This document shows, in pieces, positions 38,450-47,777 of a stretch of 64,000 nt of DNA. Made by a program: the position numbers and the translations under genes. Source of the stretch: Patescibacteria group bacterium (GTDB taxonomy: Bacteria; Patescibacteriota; Patescibacteriia; JAHJFT01); contig JAQTTB010000001.1 in NCBI GenBank assembly GCA_028710985.1, forward strand, positions 19,280 through 83,279, written 5' to 3'. How positions within the stretch are numbered: position 1 is the first letter of the stretch; every line of letters begins with the position of its first letter. The notes beneath the pieces were generated by a model that was given only the letters and a program-made list of their open reading frames with translations, did no database searches and was not told the origin of the DNA.

Positions 38450-39558
38450 TTTAAATATTTATCATATTCCCCGCTCACTTGCCGAACAACCTTATCCCAG
38501 TTGAATCTTCCCAACCCCTGAAAAGCATTATTTCTTAATCGTTCGCGCAGTTCCTGGTCGCTAAGAAGACGCTTTATGGCCGCAGCGATGGCTTCCGAAT
38601 CTCGCGGCGCAATTAAAAGCCCGGTTTGATTATCGGAAATAACATCCGGAATTCCGCCGACTCGCGTTCCTATAACTGGCGCCCCGCACGCCTGGGCTTC
38701 AATAAAGACAATACCTAAACCCTCAGCGAGCGATGGACAAATAAATATTTGAGCCTTGCCCATCTCCCTAAGTGTCTCTTCGTGCGGCAGTTTACCCAAG
38801 AGCGTAACCCTGCTCCCCAAATTCAATTCCTTTATCATCCGCTCAATTTCCTGTCTTTTATTTCCCTCCCCAACCATAACCAAATGAGCATTGGGAAATT
38901 CTTGAAAAACCGAGGGCAACGATTTTATTAAATAATCCAATCCTTTTTCCCAGGAGAGTCGCGCCACGCAGACGATTCTTCCCGGGATCGGTTCGGCCTG
39001 ACTTTGTTTTGCCAGCTCAAGGTCAACCCCATTCGGAATAATTACAACCTTGCCCTGATCGGTCCTCAATTTCTTCGCGCGTTCAGCAAGCGACGAGCTA
39101 ATCGCAGTTACAAGATCGGGCGTAGAGTGAATTCTTTTCCAAAGAAATGCGGGAATTTTCTTGCTCGGATCGTCCAGATCGCCGCTTTGTAAAGTCAGGA
39201 TTGTTGTAATTTTTTTATTAAAAATTGAAAAAAGCCACAACGCGATGCCGGCATAGCTCTCCATAACTGCATGAACCAAGTCCGGCTTTAATTTTTTGGC
39301 TAAAATTACAGCAAAAATCGGATACAGCCATTTATCAAAAGAACTGCCGATTCCAACGCGGTAGTACTTAAACTTGTCCCGCTGTTCAAATTTTGGCAGT
39401 TTCTTATCTAATCGAGCGCTGATGATTGTAAAATCATATTCTCCAGCCAGCCGTTCAACCACTTCTTTCACAAACATCTCCGCACCGCTGATAAATGGGT
39501 CGTAAAAGCAAGAAAAAATTACAATTTTTTTTTGTCCATTCATTCTATAAAAAATCAC
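38446..39558 (-). CDS. Glycosyltransferase family 4
   Basis: CFYDPFISGAEMFVKEVVERL and the C-terminal block LVMVGEGNKRQEIE...ICPSLAEGLGIVFIEAQACGAPVIGTRVGGIPD are typical of GT4. Confidence 0.8.
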   Translation of the reverse strand: MIFYRMNGQKKIVIFSCFYDPFISGAEMFVKEVVERLAGEYDFTIISARLDKKLPKFEQRDKFKYYRVGIGSSFDKWLYPIFAVILAKKLKPDLVHAVMESYAGIALWLFSIFNKKITTILTLQSGDLDDPSKKIPAFLWKRIHSTPDLVTAISSSLAERAKKLRTDQGKVVIIPNGVDLELAKQSQAEPIPGRIVCVARLSWEKGLDYLIKSLPSVFQEFPNAHLVMVGEGNKRQEIERMIKELNLGSRVTLLGKLPHEETLREMGKAQIFICPSLAEGLGIVFIEAQACGAPVIGTRVGGIPDVISDNQTGLLIAPRDSEAIAAAIKRLLSDQELRERLRNNAFQGLGRFNWDKVVRQVSGEYDKYLK

Positions 39559-40265
39559 TTAATTACTTTTTCCTGAATTGAACTATATTGACTACTCTTC
39601 AAAGCCTCCAGCCCCTTCATTTCGTTCTCCAGTCTTTTTATCATTTCCGGATGGGCATAGGCCTTATCAATTAACTCTTTCCATCGAGGCTCCTGCTCGA
39701 TTAATACATCTTCCGCGGAAATGAAATCCACGTCGACATCGCTATATATTGGATTGTCTTTCTGAAACTTTTTACAAAAAGCTTCCGATCTCGGAACATG
39801 ATAAGCATTCGTAACGATTAAAATATGGTTCCAAAAATTTTCCTTTGCTATCCTGAATAGTTCTTCAAAATTCTGCTTGGTATTTTTGGAAACTTTTTCA
39901 ACAAAAATCGATTCTTCCGGTATTCCTCTTCCCACTAACTCTTTTTTCATCAACTCACTTTCCTCCGGCGTCTCCGGTGGCTCGCTTTCAAGATAGTTAG
40001 GCTTTCCAGTGACAGTCAAAACGTTCTTTGCCGTGTCGCCCTTTTTAAAGAGATACTCCGTGGCAATAACTCTAATCCGGCCACCTAAGGCGCCGAATGC
40101 ATCGCCTTCGGAATAGGCCGTCGTGCGCCATCCGAATTTTTCATGCTTTCTCATTGCGCCACTCAACGTGATAATGGCGTCATAGCGATATTTATTTTCC
40201 TTTTCAACGTTAGTCTCATCAAATATTTCGCCGGTCACCGATGAGACTCCTTCGGATAATGGCAT
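39555..40265 (-). CDS. DUF218 (YdcF/ElyC/SanA-like) domain protein
   Basis: The central block YDAIITLSGA...VTNAYHVPRSEA is consistent with the DUF218 fold. This family is often linked to envelope biogenesis. Confidence 0.45.
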   Translation of the reverse strand: MPLSEGVSSVTGEIFDETNVEKENKYRYDAIITLSGAMRKHEKFGWRTTAYSEGDAFGALGGRIRVIATEYLFKKGDTAKNVLTVTGKPNYLESEPPETPEESELMKKELVGRGIPEESIFVEKVSKNTKQNFEELFRIAKENFWNHILIVTNAYHVPRSEAFCKKFQKDNPIYSDVDVDFISAEDVLIEQEPRWKELIDKAYAHPEMIKRLENEMKGLEALKSSQYSSIQEKVIK

Positions 40266-40267
40266 AT

Positions 40268-41254
40268 CTATGTTGCCGAATTATTATAGATACTTTTATA
40301 CCACTCATAAGTACGCCGCAATCCTTCGTCCAGTCCGACTTGCGGCAAGAAATCCAAAAGTTCCTTCATGCGCGTTACATCCGGACAGCGATAACGGATA
40401 TCAGCCCTTTTTCCTTCAACGAACACGGGTTGAAGATCTTCACGGCCCGAAATTTTGATAATCTTTTCCGCCAAATCCAATATCGTGGTCTGCCGACCCA
40501 TTCCAATATTTATAACCTGACCATTTGTCTTTTCCGTAAGAAGCGCCCGAACTTGTGATTCAATATTATCATCAATATAAATAAAATCACGCGTCATCAT
40601 ACCATCACCATAAACTGTGGGCGATTTACCATCCAAAACCTGACGGATAAACACTCCGGTTACAAATCCATAGGCCGAGGACTCTTGGCGCGGTCCGTAA
40701 ACATTAAAGAAGCGCAGGGCTGTGGCCGGCAGATTAAACTTATCGTTATATCCTAAAAACATATTCTCACCAATTAGCTTGGTCAATGCGTAAGTATCGC
40801 GCGAACGCGGATTATGCACTCCGTCCTCTTTCTCCGGCAAAGTCACCGGCTCACCATAAGCTTCGGATGACGATGAAAAAACAATCTTCTTAACACCCTT
40901 AATGAGCGACAACTCCAAAATATTTTTATATCCATCGATATCACGAAGCGGCAAAAGCGGATTTTCTTGAACTCGCTTCACTCCGACCACGGCTGCTAAA
41001 TGAAAAACATAATCAATCGGATTCATCAAAAAAACATCCCTGAGTTCTTCGTAGACGCAAACATCGCCTTCAATGAATTTAAAATTCGGATTTTCGCGAA
41101 AACTAGAAAAATTTTCCAGTTTGCCCGTGCTCAAATCGTCAATAACTATTACCTTAGCTCCTTCACGGAGCAAGCGATCCGTCAAGTGTGAACCCACGAA
41201 CCCGGCCCCGCCGGTCACAAGAACACTCTTGTCTTTTAGTTGAGAATAGTCCAT
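40268..41254 (-). CDS. NAD-dependent epimerase/dehydratase, UDP-sugar epimerase-like
   Basis: Has VLVTGGAGFVGSHLTDRLLREGAKVIVIDDLSTGKLENF, SSSEAYG and YALTK (YxxxK). Confidence 0.78.
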   Translation of the reverse strand: MDYSQLKDKSVLVTGGAGFVGSHLTDRLLREGAKVIVIDDLSTGKLENFSSFRENPNFKFIEGDVCVYEELRDVFLMNPIDYVFHLAAVVGVKRVQENPLLPLRDIDGYKNILELSLIKGVKKIVFSSSSEAYGEPVTLPEKEDGVHNPRSRDTYALTKLIGENMFLGYNDKFNLPATALRFFNVYGPRQESSAYGFVTGVFIRQVLDGKSPTVYGDGMMTRDFIYIDDNIESQVRALLTEKTNGQVINIGMGRQTTILDLAEKIIKISGREDLQPVFVEGKRADIRYRCPDVTRMKELLDFLPQVGLDEGLRRTYEWYKSIYNNSAT

Positions 41255-41396
41255 ATTTTGAGTAGAATTAGCTGTTTTATTGACTTGAAATTAATATAAC
41301 ATTAGACTATTATATATATATTGAGTATAATCGTCAAGAACGAATTTTTGGCTATATCAAGAGAAAAAACAAAAAAAAGAAATAGAGAAAAAGACT

Positions 41397-41789
41397 ATGG
41401 GCGAAACTATCAAATCATTTGAGGACTTGCTCGTTTGGCAAGAGTCGCACAAGCTCATGATTGACGCTTATGGGTTCGCGGACCGCTATTTGCCGCCGGA
41501 AGAAAAATACAATCGCATTTCTCAAATAAAACGCTGTTCAAGCTCAATCCCTGCCAATATCGCCGAAGGTTATGGTCGATTTCATTTCTTGGAAAATATC
41601 CAATATTGCCGGCAAGCCCGAGGTTCACTTGATGAACTTAAAAACCACATCATCGCCGCCCGAGACCTAAAGCAGGCTCCTCCGGAAGAATGTGCCAAAT
41701 TTATCCAAAAATGCAATTATGTACGGGCTATCCTAAATAACTACATTAACAAAACTCATGATCTCTATATTGAAAATAAGCAAAAATAG
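41397..41789 (+). CDS. Four-helix-bundle protein of the 23S rRNA intervening-sequence protein family
   Basis: LLVWQESHKLMIDAY...IPANIAEGYGRFHFLENIQYCRQARGSLDELKNHIIAARDL matches the four-helix-bundle family often encoded in 23S rRNA intervening sequences. Here it stands alone among GT genes. Confidence 0.8.
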   Translation: MGETIKSFEDLLVWQESHKLMIDAYGFADRYLPPEEKYNRISQIKRCSSSIPANIAEGYGRFHFLENIQYCRQARGSLDELKNHIIAARDLKQAPPEECAKFIQKCNYVRAILNNYINKTHDLYIENKQK

Positions 41790-41854
41790 TATATCACCCG
41801 TTTGACCACATTTTTCTTCTTTTCTCTTTTTCCTTATTTCTCAATACAACCCTC

Positions 41855-43021
41855 ATGCCACCAAATTCCCCAAAAAAGAAATTATTGCATCTCATTACTC
41901 AACCAACGTGGGGCGGCGCCCAGCGCTATATTTTTGATTTGGCCTCAAGCCTCAAGGACGAATTCGACATCACGGTCGCGTCCGGCCCGCTTCGCCAAAG
42001 CGAAAGCGAGGCGAGCGAAATTAAGGATGGCCGCGAGCTCCTTGACCGTCTTGAGGCCCAGGGCATAAAGACACGTGTTTTCCCTCACCTTATCCGTGCC
42101 ATCAATCCAATAAGAGATTTGCAGGCTTTTATACAAATCTTCGTATATCTATACGCCAATAAATTCGATACCATCCACTTAAATAGCAGCAAAGCCGGCG
42201 TCCTCGGCTCCATCGCCGCTAATATTCAGTCGGTTCCGAAAATAATTTATACCGCACATGGCTGGGTTTTTAATGAACCCATGCCAACCTGGAAAAAGAG
42301 ATTCTATAAATGGGCCGAACGCCTGAGCGCCAAACATAAAACAAAGATTGTCACCCTTTCCCGTTTAGAAACCGAGATCGGGGTACTTGAGCGCATTGCG
42401 CCGGCTGAAAAATTTGTACAAATCTATCACGGCGTAAAACCGATTGAATTTCTTTCATCCGATCAGGCCCGCGACGAACTAAAAATACCGCGCCAGATTC
42501 CGGTAATCGGTTGCATTGCCAATTTTTATGAAACCAAGGGCCTGGAATATATCGTCAAAGCCTGGCCGCAAATCATCGCCGCAATTCCTGACGCCCAGCT
42601 CGTGATTATCGGCGATGGCGCGCTTCGAAAAAAACTTGAATCGCTGATTAAAAAATTAAATCTTGATGAAAACATTGCGCTTGCCGGCTCCCGGCCCGAT
42701 GCTTCAAAATATTTAAAAGCTTTTGATGTTTTCGCGCTCCCGTCGGTTAAAGAAGGCCTTCCCTACGTGATTCTTGAGGCCATGCAAGCCGGTGTTCCGA
42801 TCGTGGCGACGCGCGTCGGCGGCATTCCAGAGATGATTGAGGACGGCGCAAGCGGCCGGCTCGTCCCGCCGGCTGATTCGGCCGCCCTTGCAACCGCGAT
42901 TATAAAAATTCTGCAAAACAAAAATCTCGGCGAGTCATACGCCGAGAACGCGCGCCAAACGCTGACGCAAAAATTCAGCTTTGAAAGAATGATCGAACAA
43001 ACCCGATCGTTATACAACTGA
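41855..43021 (+). CDS. Glycosyltransferase family 4
   Basis: KKLLHLITQPTWGGAQRYIFDL and LVIIGDGALRKKLE...FALPSVKEGLPYVILEAMQAGVPIVATRVGGIPEMI are typical of GT4. Confidence 0.82.
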   Translation: MPPNSPKKKLLHLITQPTWGGAQRYIFDLASSLKDEFDITVASGPLRQSESEASEIKDGRELLDRLEAQGIKTRVFPHLIRAINPIRDLQAFIQIFVYLYANKFDTIHLNSSKAGVLGSIAANIQSVPKIIYTAHGWVFNEPMPTWKKRFYKWAERLSAKHKTKIVTLSRLETEIGVLERIAPAEKFVQIYHGVKPIEFLSSDQARDELKIPRQIPVIGCIANFYETKGLEYIVKAWPQIIAAIPDAQLVIIGDGALRKKLESLIKKLNLDENIALAGSRPDASKYLKAFDVFALPSVKEGLPYVILEAMQAGVPIVATRVGGIPEMIEDGASGRLVPPADSAALATAIIKILQNKNLGESYAENARQTLTQKFSFERMIEQTRSLYN

Positions 43022-43050
43022 GCATCAATAAAATCCCTCTCTGCCTCTCC

Positions 43051-43264
43051 CTTCCTGCCTGCCGGCAGGCAGGTTGCATACTTTTGGTTACAAAAGTATG
43101 TCCTGCTGAAAGCAAACAAGAGTGGTGCTAGAAAAGATAATTATTGCCCAGACAGGTGGCAGGCAAGAACTTAAAAATCCCAATATTAAAACAACTTGTA
43201 CGATAATATATAATAGGATTCCCCCGGTACATTGAACCTGGATTCCCGCCTTCGCGGGAATGAC
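43051..43264. repeat. Copy A of a 214-bp structured three-hairpin REP/BIME-like repeat
   Basis: It contains the palindromes CCTGCCTGCCGGCAGGCAGG, ATACTTTTGGTTACAAAAGTAT and GGATTCCCGCCTTCGCGGGAATGAC. It is about 90% identical to 56984-57198, judged by eye alignment. Confidence 0.8.
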
Positions 43265-43370
43265 AAAAGTAAGGCAGGAATGACAAATGGCGCTAAGATT
43301 TTTATAGCAAGATTCCCGCCGGAGCCTGCCCTCATGCAAATGGGGGGGGTGGCTAAAAATATCGTCAACC

Positions 43371-43405
43371 AAAAAACCACTCCGACGTTACGTCGAAGTG
43401 GTTTT
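43371..43405. terminator. Bidirectional rho-independent terminator
   Basis: AAAAAACCACTCCGACGTTACGTCGAAGTGGTTTT has a 13-bp stem with one mismatch and an A-run and T-run on either side. It is immediately 3' of the 43417 minus-strand gene. Confidence 0.7.
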
Positions 43406-43416
43406 GAATTTTAATC

Positions 43417-45660
43417 TTATTGCCCCGCCTTCGCTTCTTTCTCGTCAATCATTTTCAGAAACTCATCCGTATCCGCGGATATTGAGGGATCCAACTGTTT
43501 GGCAATATTCGCGTACAACCGCGCGAGCTCATACTCCCCGACTTCAAAATATGCCGCCGCAATACCGGCATATAACCGCGGATCGTTTTCATCAATATTG
43601 TCAATCGCAAAATTATAAAGTTCAATCACCCTCGGCATATTGCCGGCTTTAGCATTAAGTTCAACCATCGCCGCCACTTCCGGAAGATTTACCGGATGTC
43701 CGCCGATTGATGCCGATTTTTCAAATGCCTCAAGTGCTTTATCTTCCCACTCGGCCTCATAGTATGCAATACCTAAATTCCACCATGACTCCGTGACATT
43801 GGGATCGAGGTTCACTGTCTCCAGATAATACTGGACAGCCTCATCGGTGCGGCCAAGATTCAAGAGCGCCTTACCGCGCACAAAACGCAACTGCTGACGA
43901 TCGGGAGAATACCTTAGCGCCTCATCAATGTCCGCGAGCGCCTGTTCATGGTGCGTCGGATCAATCTTACCAAGCTCGAGCTGAATCAAGCTCATGAGAT
44001 AATAATTATATATATTCATGGGATGAAGCGGCACAGTTGCCTTTAGCGCATCGTATGATCGCTCAAGATACTCAGCGAGCTCATCGCTTGGCATTTGCAT
44101 TGAGCGGCTAATTTGCGCCATCTCTCGGCTATAGTAAAGAGGAACCAAATCCGGATATTGGTTTGAGATAGCCATGCCTTTTTCAAATGCTGCGGCCGAA
44201 CCTTTATAATCCCCTGCCTGTGACGCAATCACTCCGCTCCGCACCCAGGTGGAAGCAAACGCGGTCCGAAAAGTAAATAAATACAAAACCGCAAACGAAA
44301 AAATTATCAAGACCGCGAGCCACGCTCCGGCAACGGCTGGAGTATTGATAAACAATCTTCCCTCTTTTTTCGGTTCGGTTGTCTCGCTCTGCCACCAGGC
44401 CAGGCAGAAATAAAACATAATCAATGCATTCGGCTGGTCAAAGATAAAAAGATTTTGCACGAAATATCCGATCAGAATTCCAATTGAGCCGCAATAAATA
44501 TGGGTATCGATTTTACCGCCCTTGAAGGCTTTGGTGAGCTGAATGATTATGAGAGCGAATAAGGCGAGATATGCCGCCGTACCGACCACGCCCGTATTAT
44601 TCAGCATATCCATCATCTGGTTATGCGCATGGTCAAACCATGTTTCGTAGAACGAAAACTCCAGTGACTTTGGATTGTAGTATTTATTGAAAGTATAAAA
44701 ATAATTTTCCGGACCCCAACCAAAAACCGGACGCTCCAAGAATCCCTTCCACGCGATTTCCCAAGCAATAAAGCGCGTCGCCGCCGTGCCACCGGTTAAC
44801 GAAATATCTCGGAAGCGATTGAGGCCGGGAACCTGCGCGGTCCAGGCCTGATCTTTAATCAGCCAAAATCCAGCCGACGCAAGGATTATTGCCAAAAATA
44901 TACCCGCGGAAATTATGCGGATCTTTTTATTATTTTTAAGTATTGCGTAAAGCGCGAGATACACGAGCCCGGCGAGAAAAACTCCAACCATTGCGCCGCG
45001 TGTTTCGGCGAAAAGAAAAGCCAAGAACTGTATTGCGAGCATGGCTCCCCACATTGCCTTGGTTGACCACCGCACGGCTTTTTGCAGAAGAACGAGCGTA
45101 ATGAACATAGTGAAAATCAAATACGCAGCCAAGAAAATCGGATTATTCATAAACGCGCCGGTACGAGCGCCGGTTTGCAGCACCAATTCCGGCGCCACGC
45201 GCTGGATAAAAGCGACAAACGACAGCGCCACGCTCACACCCACATTGAAAATTAAAACTTTTTTCCATTCGCGCCAGCCGCGGAAAACCGAAATTGCCAT
45301 AAAATAAAACAGGAGATAATGGAGAAGCGGCCAAAAACCGGTCATACGTTCGTGATAACTCCAGAAGCTGCGATTCGAATCAACGCCAAAAATCACGGCT
45401 AAAAAAAGTCCGATGAAATACGCCGCAAGCCCGTACATAATAAGCGACCGCCGCGGCCGGTATTCCGGCTTGCGCGCGAGAAGATATATATACCACGGCA
45501 ACGCGCTCATGAGCACGATCATAAGATAGACCGTCTTGCCAAAAATATACGGGTAAACCGTCCATGGCAAAAAAATAAACGGCATCACGAGAGCCGCATA
45601 TACGCTAATTTTTACCCACCAATATGCGATGCGGTCCATTGTTTCAAGATTGTTATTCAT
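43417..45660 (-). CDS. O-antigen ligase family (Wzy_C) membrane protein with C-terminal TPR repeats
   Basis: About 12 TM helices. RFIAWEIAWKGFLERPVFGWGPENYF matches the Wzy_C ligase loop motif (R..W....P.GxGxxxF). The C-terminal roughly 300 aa carry TPR-like repeats (AEWEDKALEAFEK..., RTDEAVQYYLETVNLDPN...). Confidence 0.75.
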   Translation of the reverse strand: MNNNLETMDRIAYWWVKISVYAALVMPFIFLPWTVYPYIFGKTVYLMIVLMSALPWYIYLLARKPEYRPRRSLIMYGLAAYFIGLFLAVIFGVDSNRSFWSYHERMTGFWPLLHYLLFYFMAISVFRGWREWKKVLIFNVGVSVALSFVAFIQRVAPELVLQTGARTGAFMNNPIFLAAYLIFTMFITLVLLQKAVRWSTKAMWGAMLAIQFLAFLFAETRGAMVGVFLAGLVYLALYAILKNNKKIRIISAGIFLAIILASAGFWLIKDQAWTAQVPGLNRFRDISLTGGTAATRFIAWEIAWKGFLERPVFGWGPENYFYTFNKYYNPKSLEFSFYETWFDHAHNQMMDMLNNTGVVGTAAYLALFALIIIQLTKAFKGGKIDTHIYCGSIGILIGYFVQNLFIFDQPNALIMFYFCLAWWQSETTEPKKEGRLFINTPAVAGAWLAVLIIFSFAVLYLFTFRTAFASTWVRSGVIASQAGDYKGSAAAFEKGMAISNQYPDLVPLYYSREMAQISRSMQMPSDELAEYLERSYDALKATVPLHPMNIYNYYLMSLIQLELGKIDPTHHEQALADIDEALRYSPDRQQLRFVRGKALLNLGRTDEAVQYYLETVNLDPNVTESWWNLGIAYYEAEWEDKALEAFEKSASIGGHPVNLPEVAAMVELNAKAGNMPRVIELYNFAIDNIDENDPRLYAGIAAAYFEVGEYELARLYANIAKQLDPSISADTDEFLKMIDEKEAKAGQ

Positions 45661-45661
45661 A

Positions 45662-47620
45662 TTATTTTATTTCAACGGCATTAATATTGTCAAAAACGCC
45701 ACTGATAAAGCGCAGATTAATTTTATTATTATAAATTTCCGCGATGGCGATTCTCACCTCTCCGACAATATAGTCATAAAATGCTTTCAAGTCAAACTGA
45801 TTCGCCTGCGTCGCCCAGTTTGCGCTGCGGAGGAACGCGCCATTCCGATCGAATGATTTTATATATATATTTCCGTCTGTTTTATAAGTAACCAGTATCT
45901 CTTCTTCTTCGCCCGTATCCAAATTTTGCGTCGCAACGAATATTGGCCCCGTGATTTTCTCTGCCGCTTGAAAATTTGAAACCAAGACGCCACTCTTCCT
46001 AAATATCTTAATATGCAAAACACCGGCATCAATAAATCCCACGATTATTTCATCCGTGTCATCGGCATCAATATCTCCAGCCGTGACCGTAACGCCGCCG
46101 CGAAAACCAGAAGTATACGCCATAAAATTACCCTGAATTTCCCCTCTTTCATTAAACACTAGTATATGCGGACCGCCGCCCGGACCCGGCGCGGTGATAA
46201 TTTCATCGTTCACCGTCCGGCTGTCCACATTTCCGACGGCGATATTCACGCCACCGCGGAAAAGCGAATTATACGCAAAAAATTGTCCGTACAATTTCCC
46301 TGTCTCGCTAAAAATACGCACCTGCGGACCGCCGCCCGGACCCGCGCCGACCACAATTTCTTTTTGACCGTCATTATTTACGTCGCCGCTCTGAGCCGTG
46401 AACCCCTTTTTGAAACTATCCGGAAACACCGCGAAGCTATCTTTGACTTCCCCGCCGCTCCCAAGCTCACGGACAACCGGCGTAAAACCAAGCGGCGCAC
46501 CGATTACAAGCGATGAACCGCTCTTTGCCGCTTCAAGCGCCAACTCAAGCGCAGCGCGCGCATCCACGCGCGTTCCCAAGCCTCCGGCAAAATCCGGATT
46601 GATCCCGTCAATTATCACGCCGCTTTTTACCAAAATTTCATTGATTTCACGAGCCGAGAGCCCGGGCGCGATTGATTTCACGAGTGCGGACACGCCGGAA
46701 ACAATCGGCGCCGCAAACGAAGTGCCCGACCAATCGTCATCATAGAATGTATCAAAATCCGCAATTGCCGAGTTATAAACACGCGCGCTCCATATATCCA
46801 TGCCCGGTGCCGAAACATCAACGCAGGCTTTGCCAAAATTTGAAAATTTCGCTTTTTGATCCAACGTGTCGGTTGCCGCGACTCCAAGTACGTATATTTC
46901 ATTCTCATATTGATCAATGCACACCGGAAATTCATCGTACATATCCAAGTTCGAGCCGCCCGATTCGTCCGGCGTATTGCCGGCCGCCGCCACTACTACT
47001 ACTCCCGCTTCCCAGGCGCGGCGCACCGCAGTTGACATATCCTCGCTAAAATTAAAACCTACAAAACTCAAATTAATCACATCCGCACCATTTCGAATGG
47101 CGTAATAAATCGCTTTTGCCACATTGTCCGAGAATCCGTTACCCGTGGCATCGAGCACCTGAAGCGGCATTATCTTGCTCTCCCAGGTGATTCCGGCCAT
47201 GCCGTTCCGATTATTCCCTTCGGCTGCGATGATGCTCGCCACCGCCGTGCCATGGCTAATTCCCTCTTCCGCATATCCGTTGGAAAAATTCGGCAATATA
47301 TTTCCGTTATTATCCGAGAAATTCCATCCATTCACATCATCAATATAATCATTCTTATCATCATCGATTCCGTTTGCCGGAATTTCATCTTCATTGATCC
47401 AAGCATTGCCATCCAATTCCGGATGCGAAATATCCACGGCCGTATCAATCACTGCGACAATCACCTTCGGACTGCCGGTCGAAATATCCCAGGCGCGTTC
47501 GGCATCAATCTGACGCAAATACCACTGACGCGAAAAATCCGTATCGTTTGGGGTGAAAGCCTGCGCGCCTTGAACCGCAACGAATACAAAAATTATTGTG
47601 CAGAATATAAACTTTTTCAC
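45662..47620 (-). CDS. S8-family (subtilisin-like) serine peptidase with C-terminal FG-GAP-like repeats
   Basis: A signal peptide is present. The catalytic-triad contexts are VAVIDTAVDISHPEL (Asp), HGTAVASIIAA (His) and GTSFAAPIVSGVSALV (Ser). The C-terminus repeats GDxNxDGxxEIVVGAGPGGGPQVRIF. Confidence 0.85.
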   Translation of the reverse strand: MKKFIFCTIIFVFVAVQGAQAFTPNDTDFSRQWYLRQIDAERAWDISTGSPKVIVAVIDTAVDISHPELDGNAWINEDEIPANGIDDDKNDYIDDVNGWNFSDNNGNILPNFSNGYAEEGISHGTAVASIIAAEGNNRNGMAGITWESKIMPLQVLDATGNGFSDNVAKAIYYAIRNGADVINLSFVGFNFSEDMSTAVRRAWEAGVVVVAAAGNTPDESGGSNLDMYDEFPVCIDQYENEIYVLGVAATDTLDQKAKFSNFGKACVDVSAPGMDIWSARVYNSAIADFDTFYDDDWSGTSFAAPIVSGVSALVKSIAPGLSAREINEILVKSGVIIDGINPDFAGGLGTRVDARAALELALEAAKSGSSLVIGAPLGFTPVVRELGSGGEVKDSFAVFPDSFKKGFTAQSGDVNNDGQKEIVVGAGPGGGPQVRIFSETGKLYGQFFAYNSLFRGGVNIAVGNVDSRTVNDEIITAPGPGGGPHILVFNERGEIQGNFMAYTSGFRGGVTVTAGDIDADDTDEIIVGFIDAGVLHIKIFRKSGVLVSNFQAAEKITGPIFVATQNLDTGEEEEILVTYKTDGNIYIKSFDRNGAFLRSANWATQANQFDLKAFYDYIVGEVRIAIAEIYNNKINLRFISGVFDNINAVEIK

Positions 47621-47701
47621 AGGCTAAAAATTCATAAGTTATACGGATATGATACCATTTTTGCGCAAAAAATACACACTCATGCCATCCATCCCCAACC
47701 T

Positions 47702-47739
47702 AAATCCCGCCCCCGGGCGTCCCCAGGGGCGGGATTTTT
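47702..47739. terminator. GC-rich hairpin downstream of the giant-protein gene
   Basis: AAATCCCGCCCCCGGGCGTCCCCAGGGGCGGGATTTTT. The stem CCCGCCCC/GGGGCGGG is flanked by an A-run and a T-run. Confidence 0.55.
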
Positions 47740-47777
47740 GAGTTACTGAATATTGCCGATTACTCGGCCAGTCAAGA

